This document shows positions 25,121-38,963 of a DNA stretch of 64,000 nt, piece after piece. Source of the stretch: Podarcis vaucheri (taxonomy: Eukaryota); the NCBI GenBank assembly GCA_965113315.1, contig OZ220363.1, one strand, 5' to 3'. Position 1 is the stretch's first letter. Each line of letters opens with the position of its first letter. A program made the translations under genes and the position numbers. The notes below the pieces were generated by a model. The model saw only the letters and a program-made list of their open reading frames with translations. It was not told where the DNA came from and did not search any database.

Positions 25121-28100
25121 GTATGTATACTTTGGCCAGCTTGGTACAGGAGGTCATGGCACTCCTGCCCTTTTTATAATGTTTGTGGGTTTTAAAATAA
25201 TATTGTAAGCTACAATATGTATTGTAATGTGTTGTATTGTAAGCTACAATACATACCGCTTTTCCAGGGTGCACTCTTCCACAGTTTTGAAATTATGCAG
25301 TCTCAATGATTACTATGGTACAACAAAATGACATTATAACAGAAAGGCATTTTAAAAGCCAGTGAAACAGATTAGTTTGTTCATGTTGACTGAGAAACTG
25401 AATCAGTTCTCTATTTTTAGTGAAGATTTTGTGTATCTTCATCTAAGCAAAATGAAGTCTCCTTACTAGTGTTGGACTTGCACCTTACCAATCAAGCCTA
25501 AATTGTGCAAGGAAAATGAACTATGCAGCATTTTTTGTTTTTAAAAGTTTTTCTAAAACTGTAGGGAAATACATTCAGGGATCATTTTTATAGTTCTTTA
25601 CTTCTAGAGAAGTTAACTTGAAGGTGGTCTGCTGAGCAAACCATGAGGAGTCAAGTGTTCTTTTTTGAGTGCGAACTGAGTGGGTAGCAAAATGTATCTG
25701 TTACTTAGTATTGATGACCCTTCTGCCCTACTTATATAAGAAGATTGACAAGAGGAAACAGAGACTGAGTGGAGAGATAAAAACATGGGGGGGGGTTTTG
25801 ATCCTTTCTACTTTGGGTGGCGCACCAATGAACAGAGTGATTCCCCCATAAGACTTAATAATTCCTGTTTATTCTATACTTAACCTAAACTTTCAAATAT
25901 ACATTTGGAAATAATCTCTAAAAGCTTACTCTTAAGGCAAAAACAGAGCTTCTCGGGGAACCTTCTTTTGCAGACAAACCTGTGTTCTATGCTTTTTCTG
26001 CATGCTCACAAAATTATGCCATACGCCCTTGCTATACACTAATATATGATTCCTCATTTATATTCTCATCATTTCCTGACACGCCTTGGAAACTCAAGAG
26101 AAGATAATCTCTCAAATGATTTATTCTTCTTCCCAGAGAACTTGAGTACTGCAAGGACAGAGGAGAAGAGACCCTAATTCCTCTGTTAATTGTGGCTTAT
26201 ATTTTTTGGGGGTCCCAAAATGGAATTAGCCAGTCAGTAGAAACAGAGGAGTATGCAAGATACTGTTTTATATATATATAAAGTATCAATTTCCATTTAG
26301 GACACTTGGCACCATTTTTGCTGCTGTCACCTGAGAGCCAGCCTCCTTGTCTGCCTGCGGGCTGTGTTGTAAAAATGTTACTGTCAAATAAAAACCTGAA
26401 TAACAGCTGGATCTGCAGGTGGAATATAAAATGCCTATTGACAGGGCTCCATCTGGGAGCTATGTTAATAAAATGGATGCTTGTTCATAATATTCTAAAC
26501 GCTGAATCTGAGATCCCTGTAAAGTTGAATGGAGAACTACAGAAATTCAAATTTACCAGCTTTTTAAAGTTAAAAGAATAAAGAATACACTCCTATACTT
26601 ACATACTGAATATATTTCTGTCTATGAGGCTTTAATTTGAAATGCTGGTCACGATTAATAATGTAAGAGCAGACTAATTCTTTGTTGGCTGTTTCCCTTT
26701 TAAGAAGCCCTTGGAACTTACTCGTTCATTTACCTTGTACACTATATTTTCCTGACCTTCCAAATGCTTCTTCTTAATTTTTTGTCTCTTGAGTAGGTGT
26801 GCCTGTGTGTAACTAACCTGTCACTGGACGGATGTTTTAAATGGTTTTGGGAGAATTGTGAGGGTAAAATGGGGAGGAGAAGCATCTACACCACCTTGAG
26901 CTCCATATATAAATGAAATAAATAAATACAGATAGTGCACAGTATGCAAATTGTGTATGCTGTTCAAATGTAATAATCTTGAAAGCTGTTGCCTTCAGAA
27001 TTCTTCATGTGCTATCAGAGCGTATACTGGTCAGGTTTAATCACGGCATTGTTATTTAGAATCTAGACAACGAATGAATAGTGTAGAAGTTTTTCTCTTG
27101 AACTATTGTAGTTACTGGCCAGTAAGTAATTTGCGTTGAGCTGTCTTTACAGGTCGTGTTGTGTAAGCTCATTTAGGAATATGCAGTGTGATTTTTTTTT
27201 TAATTTTTGGATGCCAGCAATACGCTGCTGCTGTTCTACCCTTGCTTCAGTGCAAACTGGGGTATTGGTGTTGGTGATTCGTCCTCTGTGCATCCTATTC
27301 AGTGTCCTTTCTTTTCCGTTTGTAATATTTGTGTTGAAGTGTGCATCAACATTGATGTCCGTGTTGTGTGATCAGTGTACAGTTTCATTAGCTGTGTCAG
27401 CTCATGCTTGTTTGCCTACCGTATTTATTTGCTGCTTTTCAGATAAACGTCACAGAGTAGTTTACATCAAGGCTGGGGAACCTGTGGGCCCACCAGATGT
27501 TCTTGGACTAGCTTCCATCATCTCTGGTCATTGACAGTCCTGGTTGGGCAATCATATCTGGTATATGGTTCCCTAGCCCTAACTTACATAAAATATTAAT
27601 TCAGTAAGTACTACTAAAACTATGTAATAAAACAGTAAAGACAAGCAGCAGAAGGAGAAACTTTATAGGGAGTCAAATTTCCTCTCAGAGAAGGATATTA
27701 AATAAATGGTATGTGTTTTGGTTTTCTTGTTTTCTGAGTGGAATCTTGCCTTCACAATAACTGGTTCAAGGATCGTATTGGGTTCTTGTTATGTACCGTA
27801 GGTGGTCCCCACTCCATTGTGTCCCCCCACCACTAGCATCGCCTCTGATTCTTCTGCTGTGCTTGCATTGACCCACCATTGTAGTGTCTATAAACACTTT
27901 GCTGAAGCAAGACTTGTGATGCTGCGCAGGTGGAGCTGCAGGCATTGCACTTGATGCTGTTCACCCAGAATGGATGAGGCTGTTTATCATAGCTATTAAT
28001 GGAAGGTGTTTAATCATTTTTGTCTAGAGTAAGTAGCTTATTTTATAATTGGTTGTAGCAGAGTGAATTATTTCTTGCTTAAGAAGCAGGAAGCTAGATG

Positions 28101-29152
28101 TATATGACTACTAAGCCTTAGTATTTATTTCTTTGTGCAGGATTGCATCCAGCTAAGTAACTATGGACATGGAATGGTTCTGTGAGCATTCCATGAGTGA
28201 AACTTTCCCTCCCTCTGCTCCCCTTGCATATACTCCAGATCAGCTCTGGGGATTCTTCCAACCCTTCGGGGCAGATTAGTGGGTACGGGGAGAAGAAGGA
28301 GTTAGTTGTTAAATTTCTTCAAATATTACTTCTAAATATTACCTTTATTTTAATCACTTGAGAGAAAGATGACTGGCTATAGCTTTCAGTAGGTTGGTAC
28401 CATGTGTTTATGTTCGTGTGCATTTTAAACAAATCAATTATAAATTATATTCTGAATAGTGTCAGGATCATTGCCAACATCATTTACTGGTTATACAAAT
28501 GACCAATTTTTTTCCAGCTCTGTGAACCATTTCTCCTATGCCTAGAATGGATCTTTTACCTTTTCTGTACCTAAAATAGTTTTAAACCTAACTAAATGCA
28601 GCAGAGATCGATTGCACTGCAAAATATTGGTGCTATAAATTACAGCAGGTGCGGTTTAGTATATGAGGTGTGGGAAGAAAGAAGGAATCCTAATAGTTTA
28701 AATAATTCTGCCATCTCAACGGACATGTTAGTAATTTTGAAAAGGTTAAGCAGAGAATGGCAAGGCATGAGAACATGATAAGTCTTCCATTCCCTTATTA
28801 TTAAGAAAACAAACATGAGCATTTGGTGAAGACTATATTTATAATGCCTTTTATGTCAGAATAAATGGCTTGGAGCATGGTGCGGAATCAAAAGGTGTTT
28901 CCATCTCATTGCTACATGTGAGAAGAAATTTGAAAGCAGTAAAGAGAATGCCATAGCTGCATTATGTGTAAATCAATCTCGTTGCCGTAGTTGCATTATG
29001 TGTAAATTGCATTGAAACAGTTCTTTAGAAGGAAATTAGCATATAGGTGATGATGGTGATGATAAAATCTGGGGTTTGCAACAGCTGATCATGTCATTTC
29101 TGTGAAATTTTGCTTGGGTAGTTACTTTTGTTTAAGGATTTTTGAAAAATTA

Positions 29153-29311
29153 ACTGTTGCTCTTGCAGTAGGCCTCTGTTTTTGTGGAAGCTGACTTGTT
29201 GATATGGGAAGCAGTTCTGTTCTGCTCAAATAAAGCACGTGTACAAAACGACGCTTCCCATACGAACAAGTCAACTTCCACAAAACGGAGCCCTACTGCA
29301 AGAGCAACAGT
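29153..29311. repeat. ~60-bp inverted repeat (long hairpin)
   Basis: Arm 29153-29212 ACTGTTGCTCTTGCAGTAGG...TATGGGAAGC is near-complementary to arm 29253-29311. Confidence 0.9.
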
Positions 29312-31072
29312 CCCCATCTGACCTGCTGACCCATGCTACTGTACTTAACAGGGAAAAGACAAATTCTTAATACAGAACATAATACTGATTTACTGGCCAT
29401 ACCTTTAGTAAATCATGGGTGGTAACGCTGTATGATTCCCTGCCGTTCTCAAATGGAAACAGTTGAGAAGCATATACTTCTTTCTAAACAGACAACAGCT
29501 TGTTGTTTCCTTCATTTACAATAAAGTTGTTTCTTTGGGGCTTTTCTGTCAGCTCTTGCTTACTTGACAAGGTGATGATGATACAGCTTTCACAGCTTCA
29601 CCTTTAGTGTGCAGTGAAGGTGAATTGTTTTTAAGAGGGGGAAAACGCTGAATCCCTTAGCACAGCTTCTTGGAGTTGTCTCTCTGTCTTAATGGAAATG
29701 GTAGTTACTGTTTCCAAATTCCTTTCTTCTTCCCTTCCCCCTTCCAAAGGCTTTCAAGTGAATAATTTCTATAGATTTATTTGAATACTGCCATTTTTTG
29801 AGATTTTTCTCCTTGTGCCGTTGACACTTGTGCTGTAAATCACTATGTTGCTAGGCAAAAATAGAAATTTGGAGAGGCACATTTGTACAGGATCTTGTTT
29901 GCCATTTCAGCATATCACATTAGTTATCATCTGATGTAAGTGAAGCTGTACTTCTTTCTTCCTCTCATGGTTTCAGTAGGGCACAGGCATGACATATTTG
30001 AAAAAGGTTGAAGAGTTTTCTGTATAGCGCACTCTACCAGGTAGTTTGCTGTTTGGCCAGGTACCCAACTCAACAACTGTGTGTCTTCGAGCCAAGTTTG
30101 TCACATGTGTAGTAAACACACAGATGTTGTTCTTTGATGGATGAATGGAGTGTACTTGGCAAAAAATCACTTCCTCTGTTTACTATTTGGTAAACAAATA
30201 GCTAAAGAAAAAGAGAAGAGTGCAATTAAGCAGATGTTTCAAGTGCTTACATGTATATTACATTTTACCTCATTGGCTGTTTTTAAGAATAGCACTTCAG
30301 CTCCTACCATTCCACCCAAGTTGGAGCTAATTCTGTAGAATTAAGCAGCAATCGAATCAGTGAGGGGAGAAAATGTAACTGCAGACAACCTTCAGCATGA
30401 TTTAGGATTGGTCCTCAGTTATATTTTGATTTTAAGCTAGATATCCCGTAGCTCATGCTGCAAAAATAATATCCATAATTTAGGGCTCCGTGTTGCTATG
30501 GATCAGAGATCGCTCCCAACACCACAATCTACCAGCTCTATAGCCATGTTCCCTGCTATTGATAGGAGTCTAATAGGGTGGAAATGCAAATGGGGCTGCA
30601 GGCAGAAGCCAGTTTCTGAGTTTCTGTTTGTTTTTCATGTGTAATCGAGGAACTGAGGTGTGTCTGAATAGTAACAGCAACAAATAAAGTTGAAAAATAT
30701 TATTTGTTACTAAAATATTTTGCTTTCGGCACTTAATGAACTGATTCTTGTTGTCTAACAAACGTTAGCACTCAAGGCAGTTTAATAAAAATAATAACAA
30801 TGTTGAAGGCAAGGAAAGTCTGAAGCAGAAGCATGTCCTACAGATCACGCTGGAACATAATTAATGCTTTTAAAATGTGGTGCCAGAAAGAAGAGCTTAG
30901 CAACAGCAGTGTGAAGTACAGTAGGAAAGCACCTTATTAGCAGCTGCTTCTTTGATTGTTCAGTCATATACTTGGAGGAGACTAAAAAGAGATCTTGCCT
31001 AAATTCCTGTCACAACATTGTGCTATCTACTTGCTTAGCCTCCTGGCAAATCAGCTTAATGCAATTCATATA

Positions 31073-31298
31073 CAGTGGTACCTCAGGTTAAGTACTGAAT
31101 TCATTCCGGAGGTCTGTTCTTAACTTGAAACTGTTCTTAACCTGAAGCACCACTTTAGCTAATGGGGCCTCCCGCTGCTGCTGCGCCGCTGGAGCATGAT
31201 TTCTGTTCTCATCCTGAAGCAAAGTTCTTAACCCGAGGTAATATTTCTGGGTTAGCGGAGTCTGTAACCTGAAGCATATGTAATCCGAGGTACCACTG
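31073..31298 (-). mobile_element. Tigger-like MITE, copy 3
   Basis: TA-CAGTGGTACCTC...GAGGTACCACTG-TA, 226 bp. Confidence 0.9.
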
Positions 31299-32018
31299 TA
31301 TTAGTGTTCTACAAAGTGAAAACACATTAAAGTAAATGCAGGGCCCTAGTAGCACTGGGTGAATAAAAAATGCCAACCTACACATTTGGCCCTGCCTCAT
31401 ACATTTAGCTGGGGGCACCACTGAGCAAGTGACCTTTGTTCTTTCCCTCAGCCTAATAAGCACCTCTGTGAACAGTCCAATCACACACAGTTCCTTTTTT
31501 TTTTTTTTTTGAGGGAGAGAGAAGCCAAACAAACTCTGTCTCCATGAGACACTGAAGTGGAACACCTGGGTTACATTGAAGATTATTTTGTGGGGATGAG
31601 GTGCCCTTGTAGTTTTTCCACCATACTGTTTCAGTTTGTACCCCCCCCCCAATGAATCAGGCTTATAAGACAAGACAAAGCAATTCCTTTCAGCTCTTTA
31701 GTGTCCCTCAATATTTGTCCTGCTACAAATTTCCCTCTAAAATATGTGGTAACAACATCTGAACATGACAGAATTCCATCCACAAGCTGTGACTTCTTGC
31801 AGTAGTTATGTGACTGCAGAGGTACTTAACCTTTGATAAGCCTTTAGCGTTTATATATGGTGCTATTTAGATTTAGTTATTGATTTAATTCCATTTCTGA
31901 GTTTCCTAATAAAAGTTTTCTCTGGGTGACATGCACAGTGAAGTCAACAAAGTTAAAACAGAACAACTTGATAATCTTACATTGGCAAAACTGTTCCTAA
32001 TTATTATTTTCCTTTCAG

Positions 32019-32127
32019 CAACCCACGGTTTCTGATGATTGCTCTAGCCTATGCTATACCATTGGGTGTTTTCTCGGGATGGTCTGGTGTTCTAGACTTG
32101 ATATTAACCCCAAAGGACATAAGCCAA
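32019..32127 (+). CDS. SLC49A4: SLC49A4 coding exon 5 ([37 protein letters not shown])
   Basis: Acceptor cctttcag|C, donor CAA|gtatgt; phase fits exon 4 (AG+C = Ser). Confidence 0.95.
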
Positions 32128-32419
32128 GTATGTATATGTGTATATTGTTTAGCTTCGCTTATGCATCATAGGCAAAATACTGGTTTTGTTACTGGTAACT
32201 GAACTAACCAAGCAGTATGCACTGGAGACTATGTCCTGCTTTTGTAATAAAAGTGTCAATGGGTTGGAGTTGAAATAGATGCTGAAAACATTTGCAGATA
32301 ACAGAGGCTAAGGAAAAAGGATAACACTGGTGTCTTTTGAAATGTGTGTATTAACATTTATTTATTTTTAAACTAAATTCTGTAGAAATCTAGGAGGGAA
32401 ATGTTATCAAGTGAAACTG

Positions 32420-32580
32420 ATTGGCAATAGATTTGAGTTAGACAAAAGCAGATATTTAATCAAACATCACAAAATTAATTTATGCTATTTGCTGCCACAA
32501 GAAATGGCGACTGTCATTGTCTTAGATGAGTTTGAAAAGGGGATTAGACAAATTAATGGAGAAAAGGTCTGTCAAAGGTG
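32420..32580 (+). mobile_element. CR1 ORF2-end fragment in intron 5
   Basis: agacaaaagcagatattt...gaaaaggggattagacaaattaatggagaaaagg, typical of a CR1 ORF2 terminus. Confidence 0.55.
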
Positions 32581-32682
32581 ACATAGAACTTCTATTCTAG
32601 TGGGTATTTGCTTATAGTAAATACTATCTCCGTTACTGTGCTTGAAATAACACAGTGTTGTTCACTCTTAAATCTTTTCTAG

Positions 32683-32750
32683 ATGGATGCAGGTTGGATT
32701 GGATTTTGGTCTATTGTAGGAGGTTGTATTGTTGGCATAGCACTGGCAAG
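32683..32750 (+). CDS. SLC49A4: SLC49A4 coding exon 6 ([23 protein letters not shown])
   Basis: Acceptor tcttttctag|ATG, donor AG|gtaagt; matches human [23 protein letters not shown]. Confidence 0.95.
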
Positions 32751-33350
32751 GTAAGTATCACAGTCTTACTTCATTTTATTTTTCTTCATTGCAATTGTCT
32801 TTTAGTTATACTGAAACAATACACCTGAAGATCATTTCCTGTCATCTATGACAATTGTAAAAGAAGAAATGATTTTCTGTGGGGGGGAAATAGGTTCACC
32901 TTCTAGCATAGCAATTTGTGTGTTTCATGATCTTTTTAGGCAGTGACTGCTGGAAATTCCATTTGCTCAGTCATCAAACTGAGCAGTTCATATTATTGTG
33001 TTTGACAAGTGCTCCCTATCCACTCCATCCAAAGGTGGAAAGAACCACTTAGGCAAAATAATCAAGGAACCATCAGTGGAGTTTTCCTACCTGTTTGCTT
33101 TCAGCTCCTCCATTACAGATGTGATGGATTCCTCAACAGAATAGTTAGAGAAATTTGATAGCTCTGATGTCATGTTGAGGTTTTTTGTTTTAGAGAAGAA
33201 AAGTAGGGCTTACGAGGTGCAGTTAATTTACAAGTTCTCTGATTTATTAAGTGCTCAGAGATAACAAACCCAAATATTACACTGTGGTTTGATGCTGGTT
33301 TGGTATCACATTTTGTTATCCTTACTATGGGTGGGAAATTGGTAGAGCAT

Positions 33351-33487
33351 CTAGCTCAGTTGGTAGAGACTCTTAATCTCAGGGTCATGGTTTTGAGCCC
33401 TACACTGTGCAAAAGATTCCTGCATTGCTGGGGGTGGACTAGTTGACCCTTGTGGTCTGTTCCAGGTCTACAATCCTCTGATTCTAT
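33351..33487 (+). mobile_element. tRNA-Lys-derived SINE with CR1-type 3' tail
   Basis: Head ctagctcagttggtagag...actcttaatctcagggtcatggttttgagcc resembles tRNA-Lys(CTT); tail agattcctgcattgc...gattctat matches the CR1 end at 43392. Confidence 0.8.
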
Positions 33488-35012
33488 TATCCCCTTTGCC
33501 TATAGAGTCTTCTTATAAGGGTTAAGAATTGAGTCTCTTGATGCCACTGGTGCTTCAAATCCACAAGTTCTTTTGAGATGGGGCTCCCCCATATTATCAG
33601 GTCCTGCACCCTGTATAAGGCTTTGTCCTCCCAGCCCTTGTGGAATTGGGCTCCACAAAAATACTTCTATTGCTGTGGAGTTCAAAAATGATTTCGTAGC
33701 AGTTACAAAAGACATTAAAAGAGTATTCTGAGACTGAAAGCAAGTTTTATGTTTTAAAAATTAATCTACTACAAAAGGTCAAGATTTTACATAATAGGTC
33801 TGAGTCAGCAGATATGCACTAGCATCATCTTATGACTAGAAGAGGATGGCCTTCCAAGCTCAGTTTAAGAGCACAATATAATTTATGAGCAGAAGAAGGA
33901 GCTTCCAAGTATTTAAAAGCGTCTATAGAAGCTTGGAAATAGTTTTTAACATGATATAGGAGATTACTGCTATTGAATGGATGTTGGCACATTTTGGGTT
34001 GCTGTTCTGTGTCTTAAATCCCATGGCTGTCACGAGTTCTGCTCTCTCACCTCTGGAATCTTTTTTAGTATCTCCTCCTATTCTACAGCCATTGCTTATT
34101 TTTACATGTTTCTGGAAACTTAATATAGAAATGAAGGTGAACAGATTTAATTAGAGAGTGAAACCTGTTGCCAAGATTAGATTGGCCATATTTGAACATT
34201 AGAAAAATCCTTGGGGGTTTGTGACCAGAATGCATTGTGGTGAGCCTCAGGTTCTTGTATTCTCCCTCCTTCACTCAAAACAAATTTGAAGCTTCCCATA
34301 CTGGTTTGTAACTGTCCTGCCTCAACAGGTGTGGACTGTGGGTGGGCCCAAGCCCTAGAATCCAAGGAGGCCAAGGCCTCACACATGAGATTGCCAAAGA
34401 AGACATGCAGAGACAACCAGGGTGATTCACAAGTATTCAGCCTAATTTGAAAACTTAATCCAGTGTCAGGAACAGAGGAGATCCAGTGTAGGCAAAAGAA
34501 GTCAAGGAGTCTGGCGTTGGGGAGCTTGAAGAACTGTGTTTTTCTTCAGCAAAAGTGAAGCTCAAAGAAGGGGCTGATAAAGTCTGGCCTACCAGGCTGA
34601 GCCTAATCCCAGGCTGGTGTTTGAGGGCATTCTAAGAGCCCTTTATTTCAAGGAATAAAAAGGGGTTTACTCTTGAGTTGTTCTGTGACTATGGGCTTTC
34701 AGGCACCTACCTAGTTGCCTGGACTTGGATATTTAGGCACCTGTACTCAAGGTGAGGAGGGATATCTCAGCCTCTCCCTCAGACTCTACTAGGGGCTTAT
34801 GACACTCTGATCCTAAGGGCCCCTCAACAGGATTCTGTAGAGGCTCCCTTTCAATTCTAAGGATCTTCGGTACTGACGGAAGGAAATCTCATCTTTTTCT
34901 CCTAGTCTTCAGACAGCTGGAGGTCCAGTTTCCCCCCTGTGAATTCTGTTTTCTGGATTGGGGCTGGGCATAGCAATCACAAACTTCAGTTTATTGCTTC
35001 ATCTGAGCTATA

Positions 35013-35182
35013 TATTTATTGGATTTATATACCGCCTGTCATCAAAGGATCTCAGGGGGGTTCACAACATAAAAAGGCAGCATTCTAATAATAATAAGTA
35101 GCTTAAAGGCTGTGGAGTATTAATCAGCCAAAGGCCTGGTTGAAGAGGAACATTTTCACCTGGCTCCTAAAGATGAAGGTGC
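35013..35182 (-). mobile_element. L2 LINE 3' end
   Basis: atttatataccgcc...ggatctcaggggggttcacaa...ccaaaggcctggttgaa, reverse-complement-like to 53322-53512. Confidence 0.6.
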
Positions 35183-37444
35183 TCTTAAATTGGCAAACCA
35201 TTTTCTAGTCTTAAGATGACTAGTGCAGATATGCTGACTTCATGTAAATCCTGACCTTTTGTGATAGATTGATTTGTTAAATATGTAGCCTGGTTTCAGC
35301 CTCATAATATCCTTTTAATGTCTTCTGTAGCTGCTACGAAATTGGTTGCAAATTCCATAGCAATGTAAATATTCTGTGGACCCCAGTGCTGCCTCCTTCA
35401 GCCTAATCATTTATACTTTTTCAGTAAAAGCTAACTGACTGTTGCCAGATATCTCTTTCTGATTAAGTAGCTTTATAGTTTCAAACATAGGGTTTTGGGC
35501 ACACAAGGAGTGGCGGTTTGCCACTTTTGATGGATGACTGCCCCCTTTTAGGCCTACTCAGCAGTTATCTATGTACAGTTGAATCAATGTCTGTGCTGAC
35601 TATAATTTGCTGAAAGTTGTAATTAGGAAAATTAGCTAATGATTCTTGTCAAGTGTGACAGGCTCATGTATTTCAAAGTCAGTCCTGTGACTTACCAGGC
35701 AGGCAGCCTGGTACCTATTGTAATAGCTCAGTGTGGGGGTGCTTTGTGTTCTACCAGCTGCTAATTTTCTTACATCAAGCATTTCCATTTAGGAACTATA
35801 GTGTAGCTTTGCTTCCTCCTAGTCTCTCAGTTCCTCCTTTCATCACACTTAAATCTCAATATAATTTCACTCTGCTTATGAACATTATTTACCTGCTAAA
35901 TGGAATATGTAAAAGAAACTATATTAAAGTGTCCTTCCCATTTTCGATGATGCACAAGCTGTCATTTGGATGCCAAACTATCTCTGCATGCTGTAGAAAT
36001 GTTTTTGCGGGTGTTAACAGAATCATGCCTGTCAAAGGAAGGCACAGTTGGAAAATAAGTTCTCATATTTCATTATTTTGTTACCCGTAGTGTACCGTGT
36101 CTTTCTTCACATGAGATTTATGCCCTTGATCTTGCCACTCCAAGCCCCAGACCAGGAGCATTGAGATAATTTATATGGCATGTTTATGATTGGAGAGCCT
36201 TCAATATTTTAGGCAGCTGGCGGGTATCACACCCTTTCCTTAGCAGTGATAGACTAGACTGGTGGTGGGGAGGGGAGAAAAATCAACTTCAAACAGTGAC
36301 GATCTCATGTTTTGTTTTTTTTAAATCTGCAGAGCAACACAAATCAACCTCTTTCCCCCCCCCCTGACATTTTTTTTGTTGCATTCACTAATGATAAAAG
36401 ATATTTTTCAGATTTTGTCCTTCACAGCTCAGGATTTTCTTCATCTTTTAAACAGCAGCAAAGTCAAAATGCAGCAACTTTGTAGCATGGTGTAATTTCA
36501 GTAGCAATGAGCAGCAGAGTTGACAGCAGCAAATTATTACTCGTAACTATAGGAGGCACATAATGCGAATTTTTTGGATAATAAAATCTGGGCCAAGCAG
36601 ATCTGGGGAGCAGTAGACTTTTTGGTGGGAGGGGACATATCTTTGTGGCAGGAAGCATTTGTCTCCTGCTTTTCTGTCTTTATCGCTCCTCTGTATTTAA
36701 CATGGAGCCAGGTGCTTTGTCACAATTATACCAACAAAACAATGGATGGGAGAATGAGCAGCAGTGATGGGAAGCCCATTGTCGGTGGAGACTGGACTAG
36801 GAGTTGGCAGCAGTAGCTGTTAACAAGAACATCTGTATAGTCACTATATCGCTGAGTGCTATGTGCAGAGGAGAAAAATATTGGAATTATTTTTTCTTTG
36901 TGTCTGATTTAGAGGTGTGTGACTGGCCACTGTTAACAACAGAATGGGGGATTGGTTTGACCAGCAAAGTAGTTCCTAGTGCCAATCTAGGCCTGTGTGA
37001 AAATATTAATAAGTAGAGTGCAAGGTATTTTGACACACAGGAATGGGAAGATTCTTCTCAGTATATGAATGATCCTTTGGTTCATGGAAACCCTTTGGAT
37101 CTAACCCACTGATTTCTTTAGTGATAATATGTGGAAAATAGTAAGTTTCAAATCTTACATGTATTGGTTTCCGGTATTAAAAGAACATAAAGTTGAGACA
37201 GGTTTATGATAATGTTTTGTCTTCAGTTTCATAATGTAGCTGTCTATTATGATCCAGTGTGTTTCAGATTGTAAAACTCTTCTGTTAGGGGCAAGTATAA
37301 AGACAAAACCTCTTTTACAGATCAATTTTGAACAAGGTACTTATCTTAGAAACATACTGCTGCCACTTATTCATAAGAAGTATTTGCTTCTTTTGGTGTT
37401 TTACCTTCCTTAAACTTCAATATATCATATTAGAAATCACTATA

Positions 37445-37686
37445 CAGTGGTACCTCGGGTTACATACACTTCAAGTTACATACGCTTCAGGTTACACACT
37501 CCACTAAGCCCGAAATGGTGCTTCAGGTTAAGAACTTTGCTTCAGGATAAGAACAGAAATCGGGCTCCGGCGGCGCGGCGGCAGCAGGAGGCCCCATTAG
37601 CTAAAGCGGTGCTTCAGGTTAAGAACAGTTTCAGGTTAAGTACGGACCTCCGGAACGAATTAAGTACATAACCCGAGGTACCACTG
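37445..37686 (+). mobile_element. Tigger-like MITE, copy 4 (82 nt upstream of exon 7)
   Basis: TA-CAGTGGTACCTCGGGTTA...TAACCCGAGGTACCACTG-TA with intact TIRs. Confidence 0.9.
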
Positions 37687-37768
37687 TATTTCAAATTATT
37701 GTAGCAATTTGGCTAAAGTTTACAGAATTTGTGAAGGGTTTGTTAATTGTGATTTGTCTTCCTTTCAG

Positions 37769-37896
37769 GTTTGCCGATTTTATCCGAGGAATGCTGAAAC
37801 TTATACTGCTTCTGTTATTGTCAGGAGCAACTTTGTCATCCATCTGGTTCACTTTGACGTGTTTAACAACTGTCAGTCATCTTCCTTTAACTACAG
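37769..37896 (+). CDS. SLC49A4: SLC49A4 coding exon 7 ([42 protein letters not shown])
   Basis: Acceptor cctttcag|G, donor G|gtatgc; inside ORF 37731..37925. Confidence 0.96.
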
Positions 37897-38963
37897 GTAT
37901 GCTAATGCCCAGCCTTGTCAAATAAATGGTTTTGGTAGCGGTTCTTAGATATGTGAGATGTTGGAAAAATAAGTTATATTGCAGATTAATTTTCAATAAA
38001 CTGTTTTAATTCTGTGGTGCTGCTGGGCAGGGGAGATTGGCATACATTGTGGGATTGTTATTTTATTTTTTTGGTCACTTCTGAACCCCCAGTGCTACAA
38101 TGTAACTCAAGCCACTTTGTAATGTATAATGAAGCAGAGGAGACAGCTGTCAGAATTGACAGTGTAAGACCAATTCACATATGCAAGACTGGACTCTTGA
38201 AATCTTCACGTCCCTTGACTGAAGTCATTATGTCCATTGATTTCAGTGAGTCTACTCTGAGTGTGACGTATTCAGATACAACCCATACATTAAGCTGGAA
38301 GAACTCCCTGTGTCGCCATAAACAAGTTAAAGTAAAAGAAAAGGCAATAAGAAACTGTAATTTTATTTAGTGATATAAAGCCAACAAGGGGAATTTTGAA
38401 GTTCATTAAACTGACGTGTCTTTGACAAGGTTTTCAAGACTCCTGATAGCTGGCTGTAAACATTGGTTAAAACAAGTGATTAATTCTAACCCTTTAGCCT
38501 GACCTGCTTGGAATTCCAGTGGATAATAGTGTGTTTTGTGGTTACTTATCTGGGAACACAAGTATATAGGGAAATAATAAGCTTGTAATACGTCCAACTA
38601 ATTAACTTGCCATTTCCCCTTTACTTGTTTTGTTACACCCTCTTTGTATATTACAATGGGTATTATGTACGAAGTACAGGTTGTCCATAGTAATGTTAAG
38701 AAAGACAAAAAGTATATGTGGTTATTTAGTTTTGAACTACACTGGGCAAGCATTTCTGAAATTTCTTTGTTTTGATATCCTAGGCTCCCCCTACCCTACC
38801 CTACCCATCTCTTCACCCCACTTTTTTTTGCAGGTGTTGGGTGGGTTCTCATACCTTCTTGTATCTATATCTTGCAGAGATACTTGAACTGAAATCCCGG
38901 ATAGAAATTCAGTATATCTGTATAGTAACTAAGCTTCACACCACAAATACATATCGTCTAATG

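Noticed and set aside
33351-33410. Functional tRNA-Lys gene
   Set aside because: It has a deletion, a degenerate B box and acceptor stem, and continues into a CR1-type tail, so it is a SINE.
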